64,000 nt of DNA from Ranitomeya imitator (lineage: Eukaryota), in NCBI RefSeq assembly GCF_032444005.1, contig NC_091291.1:25358001-25422000 (forward strand). Direction: 5' to 3'. The translations under genes were made by a program, and so were the position numbers. Each line of letters opens with the position of its first letter. Positions within the stretch are counted from its first letter, which is position 1. Shown here one piece after another: positions 13,901 through 26,700 of the stretch. Under the pieces are notes generated by a model. That model was not told where the DNA came from, made no database searches, and saw nothing but the letters and a program-made list of their open reading frames with translations.

Positions 13901-16900
13901 GTGTATATGGTCAGTACAGGGGTATATATGGTCAGTACAGGGGTATATATGGTCAGTACAGGTGTATATGGTCAGTACAGGTGTATATGGTCAGTACAGG
14001 TGTATATGGTCAGTACAGGGGTATATATGGTCAGTACAGGGGTATATATGGTCAGTACAGGGGTATATATGGTCAGTACAGGGGTATATATGGTCAGTAC
14101 AGGGGTATATATGGTCAGTACAGGTTAGTACAGGTGTATATGGTCAGTACAGGTGTATATGGTCAGTACAGGTGTATATGGTCAGTACAGGGGTATATAT
14201 GGTCAGTACAGGGGTATATATGGTCAGTACAGGTTAGTACAGGTGTATATGATCAGTACAGGTGTATATGGCCAGTACAGGTATATATGGTCAGTACAGG
14301 TATATATGGTCAGTACAGGTGTATATGGTCAGTACAGGTGTATATGGTCAGTACAGGGGTATATATGGTCAGTACAGGGGTATATGGTCAGTACAGGGGT
14401 ATATATGGTCAGTACAGGGGTATATATGGTCAGTACAGGTGTATATGGTCAGTACAGGGGTATATATGGTCAGTACAGGTGTATATGGTCAGTACAGGTG
14501 TATATGGTTAGTACAGGGGTATATGGTCAGTACAGGTTAGTACAGGTGTATATGATCAGCACAGGGGTATATGGTCAGTACAGGGGTATATGGTCAGTAC
14601 AGGTCAGTACAGGTGTATATGGTCAGTACAGGGGTATATGATCAGTACAGGGGTATATGGTCAGTACAGGGTATATGGTCAGTACAGGGGTATATGGTCA
14701 GTACAGGTGTATATGGTCGGTACAGGGGTATGTGGTCAGTACAGGTGTATATGGTCAGTACAGGGGTATATGATCAGTACAGGTGTATATGGTCAGTACA
14801 GGTGTATATGGTCAGTACAGGGGTATATATGGTCAGTACAGGGGTATATATGGTCAGTACAGGTGTATATGGTCAGTACAGGTTAGTACAGGTGTATATG
14901 ATCAGTACAGGGGTATATGGCCAGTACAGGTGTATATGGTCAGTACAGGTGTATATGGTCAGTACAGGGGTATATATGGTCAGTACAGGGGTATATATGG
15001 TCAGTACAGGGGTATATATGGTCAGTACAGGTGTATATGGTCAGTACAGGGGTATATATGGTCAGTACAGGTTAGTACAGGTGTATATGATCAGTACAGG
15101 GGTATATGGCCAGTACAGGTATATATGGTCAGTACAGGTGTATATGGTCAGTACAGGTGTATATGGTCAGTACAGGTGTATATGGTCAGTACAGGGGTAT
15201 ATATGGTCAGTACAGGTGTATATGGTCAGTACAGGTGTATATGGTCAGTACAGGGGTATATATGGTCAGTACAGGGGTATATATGGTCAGTACAGGGGTA
15301 TATATGGTCAGTACAGGGGTATATATGGTCAGTACAGGGGTATATATGGTCAGTACAGGGGTATATATGGTCAGTACAGGTTAGTACAGGTGTATATGGT
15401 CAGTACAGGTGTATATGGTCAGTACAGGTGTATATGGTCAGTACAGGGGTATATATGGTCAGTACAGGGGTATATATGGTCAGTACAGGGGTATATATGG
15501 TCAGTACAGGGGTATATATGGTCAGTACAGGGGTATATATGGTCAGTACAGGTTAGTACAGGTGTATATGATCAGTACAGGTGTATATGGCCAGTACAGG
15601 TATATATGGTCAGTACAGGTATATATGGTCAGTACAGGTGTATATGGTCAGTACAGGTGTATATGGTCAGTACAGGGGTATATATGGTCAGTACAGGTGT
15701 ATATGGTCAGTACAGGGGTATATATGGTCAGTACAGGTGTATATGGTCAGTACAGGTGTATATGGTCAGTACAGGGGTATATGGTCAGTACAGGGGTATA
15801 TGGTCAGTACAGGTTAGTACAGGTGTATATGATCAGTACAGGGGTATATGGTCAGTACAGGGGTATATGGTCAGTACAGGTCAGTACAGGTGTATATGGT
15901 CAGTACAGGGGTATATGATCAGTACAGGGGTATATGGTCAGTACAGGGTATATGGTCAGTACAGGGGTATATGGTCAGTACAGGTGTATATGGTCGGTAC
16001 AGGGGTATGTGGTCAGTACAGGTGTATATGGTCTACCCTCTACCCTGTGCCAGTCATTGCACTGGTTACCCATCCACTCCAGAATCCAGTACAAAACTAC
16101 TACCCTCATCCACAAAGCACTCCATGGCTCAGCACCACCGTACATCTCCTCCCTGGTCTCAGTCTACCACCCTACCCGTGCCCTCCGCTCTGCTAATGAC
16201 CTCAGGTTAGCATCCTCAATAATCAGAACCTCCCACTCCCGTCTCCAAGACTTTACACGTGCTGCGCCGATTCTTTGGAATGCACTACCTAGGTTAATAC
16301 GATTAATCCCCAATCCCCACAGTTTTAAGCGTGCCCTAAAAACTCACTTGTTCAGACTGGCCTACCGCCTCAATGCATTAACCTAACGATCCCTGTGTGG
16401 CCTATTTATAATAAAAAAAAAAAAAAAAAAAAGGTTCCTCGCATCATGTTCTCATACACTTTATGCAGTATTAGCCCTCTGTGTCTGTACTGCTACATAC
16501 TTAGGCAGATAACTGGTTCATGCAGCTTTACATGAACACCCGAGGTTTACACTATGGCCGGTCCGAATAACTAAAGCAATTGTTACCATCCACCTCTCGT
16601 GTCTCCCCTTTTCCCCATAGTTTGTAGCTTGCGAGCAGCAGGGTCCTCACTCCTCCTGGTATCTGTATTGAACTGTATTTCTGTTATGCTGTAATGTCTA
16701 TTGTCTGTACAAGTCCCCTCTATAATTTGTAAAGCGCTGCGGAATATGTTGGCGCTATATAAATAAAAATTATTATTATTATTATTATTATTATATGGTC
16801 AGTACAGGTGTATATGGTCAGTACAGGTGTATATGGTCGGTACAGGGGTATATGGTCAGTACAGGTGTATATGGTCAGTACAGGGGTATATGATCAGTAC

Positions 16901-19900
16901 AGGTATATATGGTCAGTACAGGTGTATATGGTCAGTACAGGGGTATATGGTCAGTACAGGGGTATATATGGTCAGTACAGGGGTATATATGGTCAGTACA
17001 GGGGTATATGATCAGTACAGGTGTATATGGTCGGTACAGGTGTATATGGTCGGTACAGGGGTATATGATCAGTACAGGTGTATATGGTCGGTACAGGTGT
17101 ATATGGTCGGTACAGGGGTATATGGTCAGTACAGGTGTATATGGTCAGTACAGGGGTATATGATCAGTACAGGTATATATGGTCAGTACAGGTGTATATG
17201 GTCAGTACAGGGGTATATGGTCAGTACAGGGGTATATATGGTCAGTACAGGGGTATATATGGTCAGTACAGGGGTATATATGGTCAGTACAGGTGTATAT
17301 GGTCAGTACAGGTGTATATGGTCAGTACAGGGGTATATGGTCAGTACAGGGGTATATATGGTCAGTACAGGGGTATATATGGTCAGTACAGGTGTATATG
17401 GTCGGTACAGGGGTATATGATCAGTACAGGTGTATATGGTCGGTACAGGTGTATATGGTCGGTACAGGGGTATATGGTCAGTACAGGTGTATATGGTCAG
17501 TACAGGGGTATATGATCAGTACAGGTATATATGGTCAGTACAGGGGTATATATGGTCAGTACAGGGGTATATGGTCAGTACAGGGGTATATGGTCAGTAC
17601 AGGGGTATATATGGTCAGTACAGGGGTATATATGGTCAGTACAGGGGTATATATGGTCAGTACAGGGGTATATGGTCAGTACAGGGGTATATGATCAGTA
17701 CAGGGGTATATGATCAGTACAGGGGTATTTGATCAGTACAGGTATATATGGTCAGTACAGGTATATATGGTCAGTACAGGTATATATGGTCAGTACAGGT
17801 ATATATGGTCAGTACAGGTGTATATGGTCAGTACAGGGGTATATGATCAGTACAGGGGTATATGATCAGTACAGGGGTATATGGTCAGTACAGGTGTATA
17901 TGGTCAGTACAGGTATATATGGTCAGTACAGGTATATATGGTCAGTACAGGTATATATGGTCAGTACAGGTGTATATGGTCAGTACAGGGGTATATGATC
18001 AGTACAGGTGTATATGGTCGGTACAGGGGTATATGGTCAGTACAGGTATATATGGTCAGTACAGGGGTATATGGTCAGTACAGGTGTATATGGTCGGTAC
18101 AGGGGTATATGATCAGTACAGGTGTATATGGTCAGTACAGGTGTATATGGTCGGTACAGGGGTATATGATCAGTACAGGTGTATATGGTCGGTACAGGTG
18201 TATATGGTCGGTACAGGGGTATATGGTCAGTACAGGTGTATATGGTCAGTACAGGGGTATATGATCAGTACAGGTATATATGGTCAGTACAGGTGTATAT
18301 GGTCAGTACAGGTGTATATGGTCAGTACAGGGGTATATGGTCAGTACAGGGGTATATATGGTCAGTACAGGGGTATATATGGTCAGTACAGGTGTATATG
18401 GTCGGTACAGGGGTATATGATCAGTACAGGTGTATATGGTCGGTACAGGTGTATATGGTCGGTACAGGGGTATATGGTCAGTACAGGTGTATATGGTCAG
18501 TACAGGGGTATATGATCAGTACAGGTATATATGGTCAGTACAGGGGTATATATGGTCAGTACAGGGGTATATGGTCAGTACAGGGGTATATGGTCAGTAC
18601 AGGGGTATATATGGTCAGTACAGGGGTATATATGGTCAGTACAGGTGTATATGGTCAGTACAGGGGTATATGATCAGTACAGGGGTATATGATCAGTACA
18701 GGGGTATTTGATCAGTACAGGTATATATGGTCAGTACAGGTATATATGGTCAGTACAGGTATATATGGTCAGTACAGGTATATATGGTCAGTACAGGTGT
18801 ATATGGTCAGTACAGGGGTATATGATCAGTACAGGGGTATATGATCAGTACAGGGGTATATGGTCAGTACAGGTGTATATGGTCAGTACAGGTATATATG
18901 GTCAGTACAGGTATATATGGTCAGTACAGGTATATATGGTCAGTACAGGTGTATATGGTCAGTACAGGGGTATATGATCAGTACAGGTGTATATGGTCGG
19001 TACAGGGGTATATGGTCAGTACAGGTATATATGGTCAGTACAGGGGTATATGGTCAGTACAGGTGTATATGGTCGGTACAGGGGTATATGATCAGTACAG
19101 GTGTATATGGTCAGTACAGGTGTATATGGTCGGTACAGGGGTATATGATCAGTACAGGTGTATATGGTCGGTACAGGTGTATATGGTCGGTACAGGGGTA
19201 TATGGTCAGTACAGGTGTATATGGTCAGTACAGGGGTATATGATCAGTACAGGTATATATGGTCAGTACAGGTGTATATGGTCAGTACAGGTGTATATGG
19301 TCAGTACAGGGGTATATGGTCAGTACAGGGGTATATATGGTCAGTACAGGGGTATATATGGTCAGTACAGGTGTATATGGTCGGTACAGGGGTATATGGT
19401 CAGTACAGGTGTATATGGTCAGTACAGGGGTATATGATCAGTACAGGTATATATGGTCAGTACAGGGGTATATATGGTCAGTACAGGGGTATATGGTCAG
19501 TACAGGGGTATATGGTCAGTACAGGGGTATATATGGTCAGTACAGGGGTATATATGGTCAGTACAGGTGTATATGGTCAGTACAGGGGTATATGATCAGT
19601 ACAGGGGTATATGATCAGTACAGGGGTATATGATCAGTACAGGTATATATGGTCAGTACAGGTATATATGGTCAGTACAGGTATATATGGTCAGTACAGG
19701 TATATATGGTCAGTACAGGTGTATATGGTCAGTACAGGGGTATATGATCAGTACAGGGGTATATGATCAGTACAGGGGTATATGGTCAGTACAGGTATAT
19801 ATGGTCAGTACAGGTATATATGGTCAGTACAGGTATATATGGTCAGTACAGGTGTATATGGTCAGTACAGGGGTATATGATCAGTACAGGTGTATATGGT

Positions 19901-22900
19901 CGGTACAGGGGTATATGGTCAGTACAGGTATATATGGTCAGTACAGGGGTATATGGTCAGTACAGGGGTATATGGTCAGTACAGGGGTATATGGTCAGTA
20001 CAGGGGTATATGGTCAGTACAGGGGTATATGATCAGTACAGGTATATATGGTCAGTACAGGTGTATATGGTCAGTACAGGTGTATATGGTCAGTACAGGG
20101 GTATATGATCAGTACAGGTATATATGGTCAGTACAGGTGTATATGGTCAGTACAGGTGTATATGGTCAGTACAGGGGTATATGGTCAGTACAGGGGTATA
20201 TGGTCAGTACAGGGGTATATGGTCAGTACAGGGGTATATGGTCAGTACAGGTGTATATGGTCAGTACAGGTGTATATGGTCAGTACAGGGGTATATGGTC
20301 AGTACAGGGGTATATGGTCAGTACAGGTGTATATGGTCAGTACAGGTGTATATGGTCAGTACAGGGGTATATGGTCAGTACAGGGGTATATGGTCAGTAC
20401 AGGGGTATATGGTCAGTACAGGGGTATATGGTCAGTACAGGTATATATGGTCAGTACAGGTGTATATGGTCAGTACAGGTGTGTATGGTCAGTACAGGGG
20501 TATATGGTCAGTACAGGTGTATATGGTCAGTACAGGGGTATATGGTCAGTACAGGTGTATATGGTCAGTACAGGGGTATATGGTCAGTACAGGTGTATAT
20601 GGTCAGTACAGGTGTATATGGTCAGTACAGGGGTATATGGTCAGTACAGGTGTATATGGTCAGTACAGGGGTATATGGTCAGTACAGGTGTATATGGTCA
20701 GTACAGGGGTATATGGTCAGTACAGGTATATATGGTCAGTACAGGTGTATATGGTCAGTACAGGTGTATATGGTCAGTACAGGGGTATATGGTCAGTACA
20801 GGTGTATATGGTCAGTACAGGTGTATATGGTCAGTACAGGGGTATATATGGTCAGTACAGGGGTATATGGTCGGTACAGGTCAGTACAGGTGTATATGAT
20901 CAGTACAGGGGTATATGGTCGGTACAGGGGTATATATGGTCAGTACAGGTGTATATGGTCAGTACAGGGGTATATGGTCAGTACAGGTGTATATGGTCAG
21001 TACAGGGGTATATGGTCAGTACAGGGGTATATGGTCAGTACAGGGGTATATGATCAGTACAGGTATATATGGTCAGTACAGGGGTATATGGTCAGTACAG
21101 GTGTATATGGTCAGTACAGGTATATATGGTCAGTACAGGTGTATATGGTCAGTACAGGTATATGGTCAGTACAGGTGTATATGGTCAGTACAGGTGTATA
21201 TGGTCAGTACAGGTGTATATGGTCAGTACAGGTATATGGTCAGTACAGGTGTATATGGTCAGTACAGGGGTATATGGTCAGTACAGGTGTATATGGTCAG
21301 TACAGGTGTATATGGTCAGTACAGGGGTATATGGTCAGTACAGGGGTATATGGTCAGTACAGGTATATATGGTCAGTACAGGTGTATATGGTCAGTACAG
21401 GTGTATATGGTCAGTACAGGGGTATATGGTCAGTACAGGTGTATATGGTCAGTACAGGTGTATATGGTCAATACAGGGGTATATGATCAGTACAGGTGTA
21501 TATGGTCAGTACAGGGGTATATGGTCAGTACAGGTGTATATGGTCAGTACAGGTGTATATGGTCAGTACAGGGGTATATATGGTCAGTACAGGGGTATAT
21601 GGTCGGTACAGGTCAGTACAGGTGTATATGATCAGTACAGGGGTATATGGTCGGTACAGGGGTATATATGGTCAGTACAGGTGTATATGGTCAGTACAGG
21701 GGTATATGGTCAGTACAGGTGTATATGGTCAGTACAGGGGTATATGGTCAGTACAGGGGTATATGGTCAGTACAGGGGTATATGATCAGTACAGGTATAT
21801 ATGGTCAGTACAGGGGTATATGGTCAGTACAGGTGTATATGGTCAGTACAGGTATATATGGTCAGTACAGGTGTATATGGTCAGTACAGGTGTATATGGT
21901 CAGTACAGGTGTATATGGTCAGTACAGGTGTATATGGTCAGTACAGGGGTATATGGTCAGTACAGGTGTATATGGTCAGTACAGGTGTATATGGTCAGTA
22001 CAGGGGTATATATGGTCAGTACAGGGGTATATGGTCGGTACAGGTCAGTACAGGTGTATATGATCAGTACAGGGGTATATGGTCGGTACAGGGGTATATA
22101 TGGTCAGTACAGGTGTATATGGTCAGTACAGGGGTATATGGTCAGTACAGGTGTATATGGTCAGTACAGGGGTATATGGTCAGTACAGGGGTATATGGTC
22201 AGTACAGGTATATATGGTCAGTACAGGGGTATATGGTCAGTACAGGTGTATATGGTCAGTACAGGTATATATGGTCAGTACAGGGGTATATGGTCAGTAC
22301 AGGTATATATGGTCAGTACAGGTGTATATGGTCAGTACAGGTGTATATGGTCAGTACAGGTGTATATGGTCAGTACAGGTGTATATGGTCAGTACAGGTA
22401 TATATGGTCAGTACAGGGGTATATGGTCAGTACAGGTATATATGGTCAGTACAGGTGTATATGGTCAGTACAGGTATATATGGTCAGTACAGGGGTATAT
22501 GGTCAGTACAGGTATATATGGTCAGTACAGGTGTATATGGTCAGTACAGGTATATATGGTCAGTACAGGGGTATATGGTCAGTACAGGTGTATATGGTCA
22601 GTACAGGTGTATATGGTCGGTACAGGGGTATATGGTCAGTACAGGGGTATATGGTCAGTACAGGTGTATATGGTCGGTACAGGGGTATATGGTCGGTACA
22701 GGGGTATATGGTCGGTACAGGGGTATATGGTCAGTACAGGGGTATATGGTCAGTACAGGTGTATATGATCAGTACAGGTATATATGGTCAGTACAGGGGT
22801 ATATGGTCAGTACAGGGGTATATGGTCAGTACAGGTGTATATGGTCGGTACAGGGGTATATGGTCAGTACAGGGGTATATGGTCAGTACAGGTGTATATG

Positions 22901-23339
22901 GTCGGTACAGGGGTATATGGTCGGTACAGGGGTATATGGTCGGTACAGGGGTATATGGTCAGTACAGGGGTATATGGTCAGTACAGGTGTATATGATCAG
23001 TACAGGTATATATGGTCAGTACAGGTATATATGGTCAGTACAGGGGTATATGGTCAGTACAGGTGTATATGGTCAGTACAGGTATATATGGTCAGTACAG
23101 GTGTATATGGTCAGTACAGGTGTATATGGTCGGTACAGGGGTATATGGTCGGTACAGGGGTATATGGTCAGTACAGGGGTATATGGTCAGTACAGGGGTA
23201 TATGGTCAGTACAGGGGTATATATGGTCAGTACAGGGGTATATGGTGGTCAGTACAGGGGTATATGGTCAGTACAGGGGTATATGGTCAGTACAGGGGTA
23301 TATGGTCAGTACAGGGGTATATGGTCAGTACAGGGGTAT
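10965..23339 (+). repeat. ~12.4-kb tandem array of 19/21-bp units (ggtcagtacaggggtatat[at])
   Basis: Directly visible; roughly 600 units with variants ggtg/gggg, gatc/ggtc/ggcc, ggtcggta; interrupted at ~16034-16791. Confidence 0.99.
16034..16791 (+). mobile_element. 5'-truncated L2-type LINE (ORF2 C-terminus, 3' UTR, (TAT)n tail) inserted in the array
   Basis: LCQSLHWLPIHSRIQYKT...RLQDFTRAAPILWNALP...FKRALKTHLF; tail ttattattatt; tatatggtc on both flanks. Confidence 0.9.
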
Positions 23340-23439
23340 GATGAGGACAGGTGTATGCAGACGGCTCCATATGGGTCAGTTGTTGCTCCTCCTGGATCAG
23401 TGACTTTGGCTTTGCGCTTTCCCTGCAGCCTCCTGACAT

Positions 23440-23722
23440 TGGGACTCCTCCCTCACACAGTGCTGGGGGCGGGGCTTTACCTGGGCTGAACCATTCCCCT
23501 CACGGAAGCGGCGGGCTCCTCCTGCTCCTGTTTCCGGACTTTTCCCTGGCCGCCGGGCAGGTGGTTGTATCCGCGGACTCTTCTTTTCCCGGTCCTGGTC
23601 CCGTGTGTCGGTCGGGGGTCCCCGGTTTCCGCTGCTCCCCCTCTCGGGCACAGGTGTGCGGCTCCGCTGTACCGGGGCTGCGGCCGCTTCTGTCTGCGGA
23701 GTTTGGGCGGAAGACGGTGGCG
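23440..23722 (+). promoter_or_regulatory. LSR CpG-rich promoter / 5' UTR
   Basis: High GC/CpG directly upstream of the ATG; GC box gggggcggggc near 23465; cggaag ETS-like cores. Confidence 0.6.
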
Positions 23723-23777
23723 ATGGCGGAGCGGGGCGGCTGCTGTCCGGCGCTGCTGTGTCTGCTCGTCCTGGCAG
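23723..23777 (+). CDS. LSR: LSR exon 1 (signal peptide [18 protein letters not shown])
   Basis: ATG in good context (gcgATGG) within a CpG-rich region; donor G|GTAAGT. Confidence 0.85.
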
Positions 23778-26700
23778 GTAAGTGCCGGGACCGGAGGTGG
23801 CGGGGAACTGACTGCTGATGTCCCCGCGGTATATATATGTATGTACAGGGAGTTATTATATGGGGGCGGAGTCTGTAATAGACAACTGGGCGGGTCTCCA
23901 TGCAGTGGCCGTTGTATATGTGGGTGGAGTCTCGTACAATGTGTCGGTGATGTTTCCGTTTTTTCCCCGCTCCGCATCTGCGACACTTTTTAATTTCGTC
24001 TCCGTTTTTTGGGAGGTGACGTTTTCTTATTTTTGTTTTTCCTCTGTTCACCGTATCAGAGAAATATTCTTAGTTTGGATCGTTCCGCACTCGGCGACAC
24101 CAAACACGGGTGTTTTACTGTGACCCCGGCATGTTGGGGGGCCGGGGGTATACGTGCTGATCAGTGGGACCCCCAGTGACTGGAAACAGGAGCTCTGCAG
24201 CCCGATACTGTGCACATGCTCCTCTGCATCCATTCTGTATGGGACTGCCGAGCATACGCACATCTGCTCCATCCATTCTGTATGGGACTGCCGAGCATAC
24301 GCACATCTGCTCCATCCATTCTCTATGGGACTGCCGAGCATACGCTCATCTGCTCCATCCATTCTGTATGGGAATGCCGAGCATACGCTCATCTGCTCCA
24401 TCCATTCTGTATGGGACTGCCGAGCATACGCACATCTGCTCCATCCATTCTGTATGGGACTGCCGAGCATACGCACATCTGCTCCATCCATTCTGTATGG
24501 GAATGCCGAGCATACGCACATCTGCTCCATCCATTCTGTATGGGAATGCCGAGCATACGCACATCTGCTCCATCCATTCTGTATGGGACTGCCGAGCATA
24601 CGCTCATCTGCTCCATCCATTCTCTATGGGACTGCCGAGCATACGCTCATCTGCTCCATCCATTCTGTATGGGAATGCCGAGCATACGCTCATCTGCTCC
24701 ATCCATTCTGTATGGGACTGCCGAGCATACGCACATCTGCTCCATCCATTCTGTATGGGACTGCCGAGCATACGCACATCTGCTCCATCCATTCTGTATG
24801 GGAATGCCGAGCATACGCACATCTGCTCCATCCATTCTGTATGGGAATGCCGAGCATACGCACATCTGCTCCATCCATTCTGTATGGGACTGCCGAGCAT
24901 ACGCACATCTGCTCCATCCATTCTGTATGGGACTGCCGAGCATACGCACATCTGCTCCATCCATTCTGTATGGGACTGCTGAGCATACGCACATCTGCTC
25001 CATCCATTCTCTATGGGACTGCCGAGCATACGCTCATCTGCTCCATCCATTCTGTATGGGACTGCCGAGCATACGCACATCTGCTCCATCCATTCTGTAT
25101 GGGACTGCCGAGCATACGCACATCTGCTCCATCCATTCTGTATGGGACTGCCGAGCATACGCACATCTGCTCCATCCATTCTGTATGGGACTGCCGAGCA
25201 TACGCACATCTGCTCCATCCATTCTGTATGGGACTGCTGAGCATACGCACATCTGCTCCATCCATTCTCTTTGGGACTGCCGAGCATACACACACCTGCT
25301 CCATCCATTCTCTGTAGGACTGCCAAGCATATGCACACCTGCTTCATCCATTTTCTGTAGGAATGCCGAGCATACGTACACCTTCATCCATTCTCTGTAG
25401 GACTGCCGAACATACGTACATCTGCTCCATCCATTCTCTGTAGGACTGCATAGCATACGTACACCTGCTCCATCCATTCTCTTTGGGACTGCTGAGCATA
25501 CGCACACCTAATTCATCCATTCTCTGTAGGACTGCATAGCATACGTACAACTGCTCCATCCATTCTCTATGGGATTGCCGAGTATTCGCCCATCTTCTCC
25601 ATCCATTCTCTGTAGGGCCCCCGAGTATTCGCATATTTGCTCCATCCAGCTCCGAGCTGCAGTCTTCAGTGTTCCAGTGCCCCGATCTCTAAATTGTTGG
25701 GGGTCCCATAGGTCGGTCCCCTGGCGATCAGCAAGTAGTCCCCAGTTCTATGAATTTGACTTTTTTGGGAATACCTCTTGAAATTGCAGTGCTGGGGTCT
25801 GGCTGTGAGATACAGCCCACACCAGTGCAGCACTGAGGGGGCTTCGCTCTGTACACAGTGCAGAGGTCATGAGATGAAGCCTGGACAGTGGCGGCCCCCT
25901 TAGACCCCGGGCGCTGCTGTCAGCCCTGCATGAAGGGTAATAAGATATCAGATGTTATATACAATTATTACATGATGGAAGTATAATAAGACGGGGGCGG
26001 CAGTATATACGGTGTAATATAGGATGAGGCGGCTTTATATATGGTGCATTATAGGATATAGCTCGGCGTTTTTTATGGTGTATTATAGGATGAGGGTGGC
26101 ATTATATACCGTGTATTATAGGATGGGGTGGCGGTATATATGGTGTATTATAGGACAGAGGCGGCAGTATATACCGTGTATTATAGGATGGGGCGGCTTT
26201 ACATATGGTGTATAATAAGACGGGGGCGGCGGTATATGCAGTGTAATATAGAACGGGGCGGCAATATATACGGTGTAATATAGGACGGGGCAGCATTATA
26301 TACTGTGTATTATATGACGGAATGGCTGTATATACGGTGTATTATAGGATGGGGGCGGCATTATATACTGTGTATTATAGGATGGGGTGGCGGTATATAT
26401 GGTGTATTATAGGACAGAGGCGGCGGTATATACTGTGTATTATAGGATGGGGCGGCTTTACATATGGTGTATAATAAGACGGGGGCGGCGGTATATGCAG
26501 TGTAATATAGAACGGGGCGGCAATATATACGGTGTAATATAGGACGGGGCAGCATTATATACTGTGTATTATATGACGGAATGGCTGTATATACGGTGTA
26601 TTATAGGATGGGGGCGGCATTATATACCGTGTATTATAGGATGTAGGGCGGCGTTATATACTGTATTTTAGGACGGGGCGACGGTATGCACCGTGTATAC

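Noticed and set aside
10965-23339. Hundreds of GGTCA / AGTACA nuclear-receptor-like half-sites
   Set aside because: Mostly TGGTCA rather than RGGTCA, and no correctly spaced full response element; speculative without binding data.
11050-23489. Dozens of long ORFs (up to 687 aa) such as MVSTGVYGQYRGIWSVQGY...
   Set aside because: Translation of a stop-poor 19/21-bp array in all three frames; no domain, no splice context.
24048-25634. ORFs up to 396 aa on both strands, and a CRISPR-like regular periodicity
   Set aside because: Head-to-tail 43-bp units with no unique spacers, in a eukaryotic intron with no cas genes; the ORFs are repeat artefacts.
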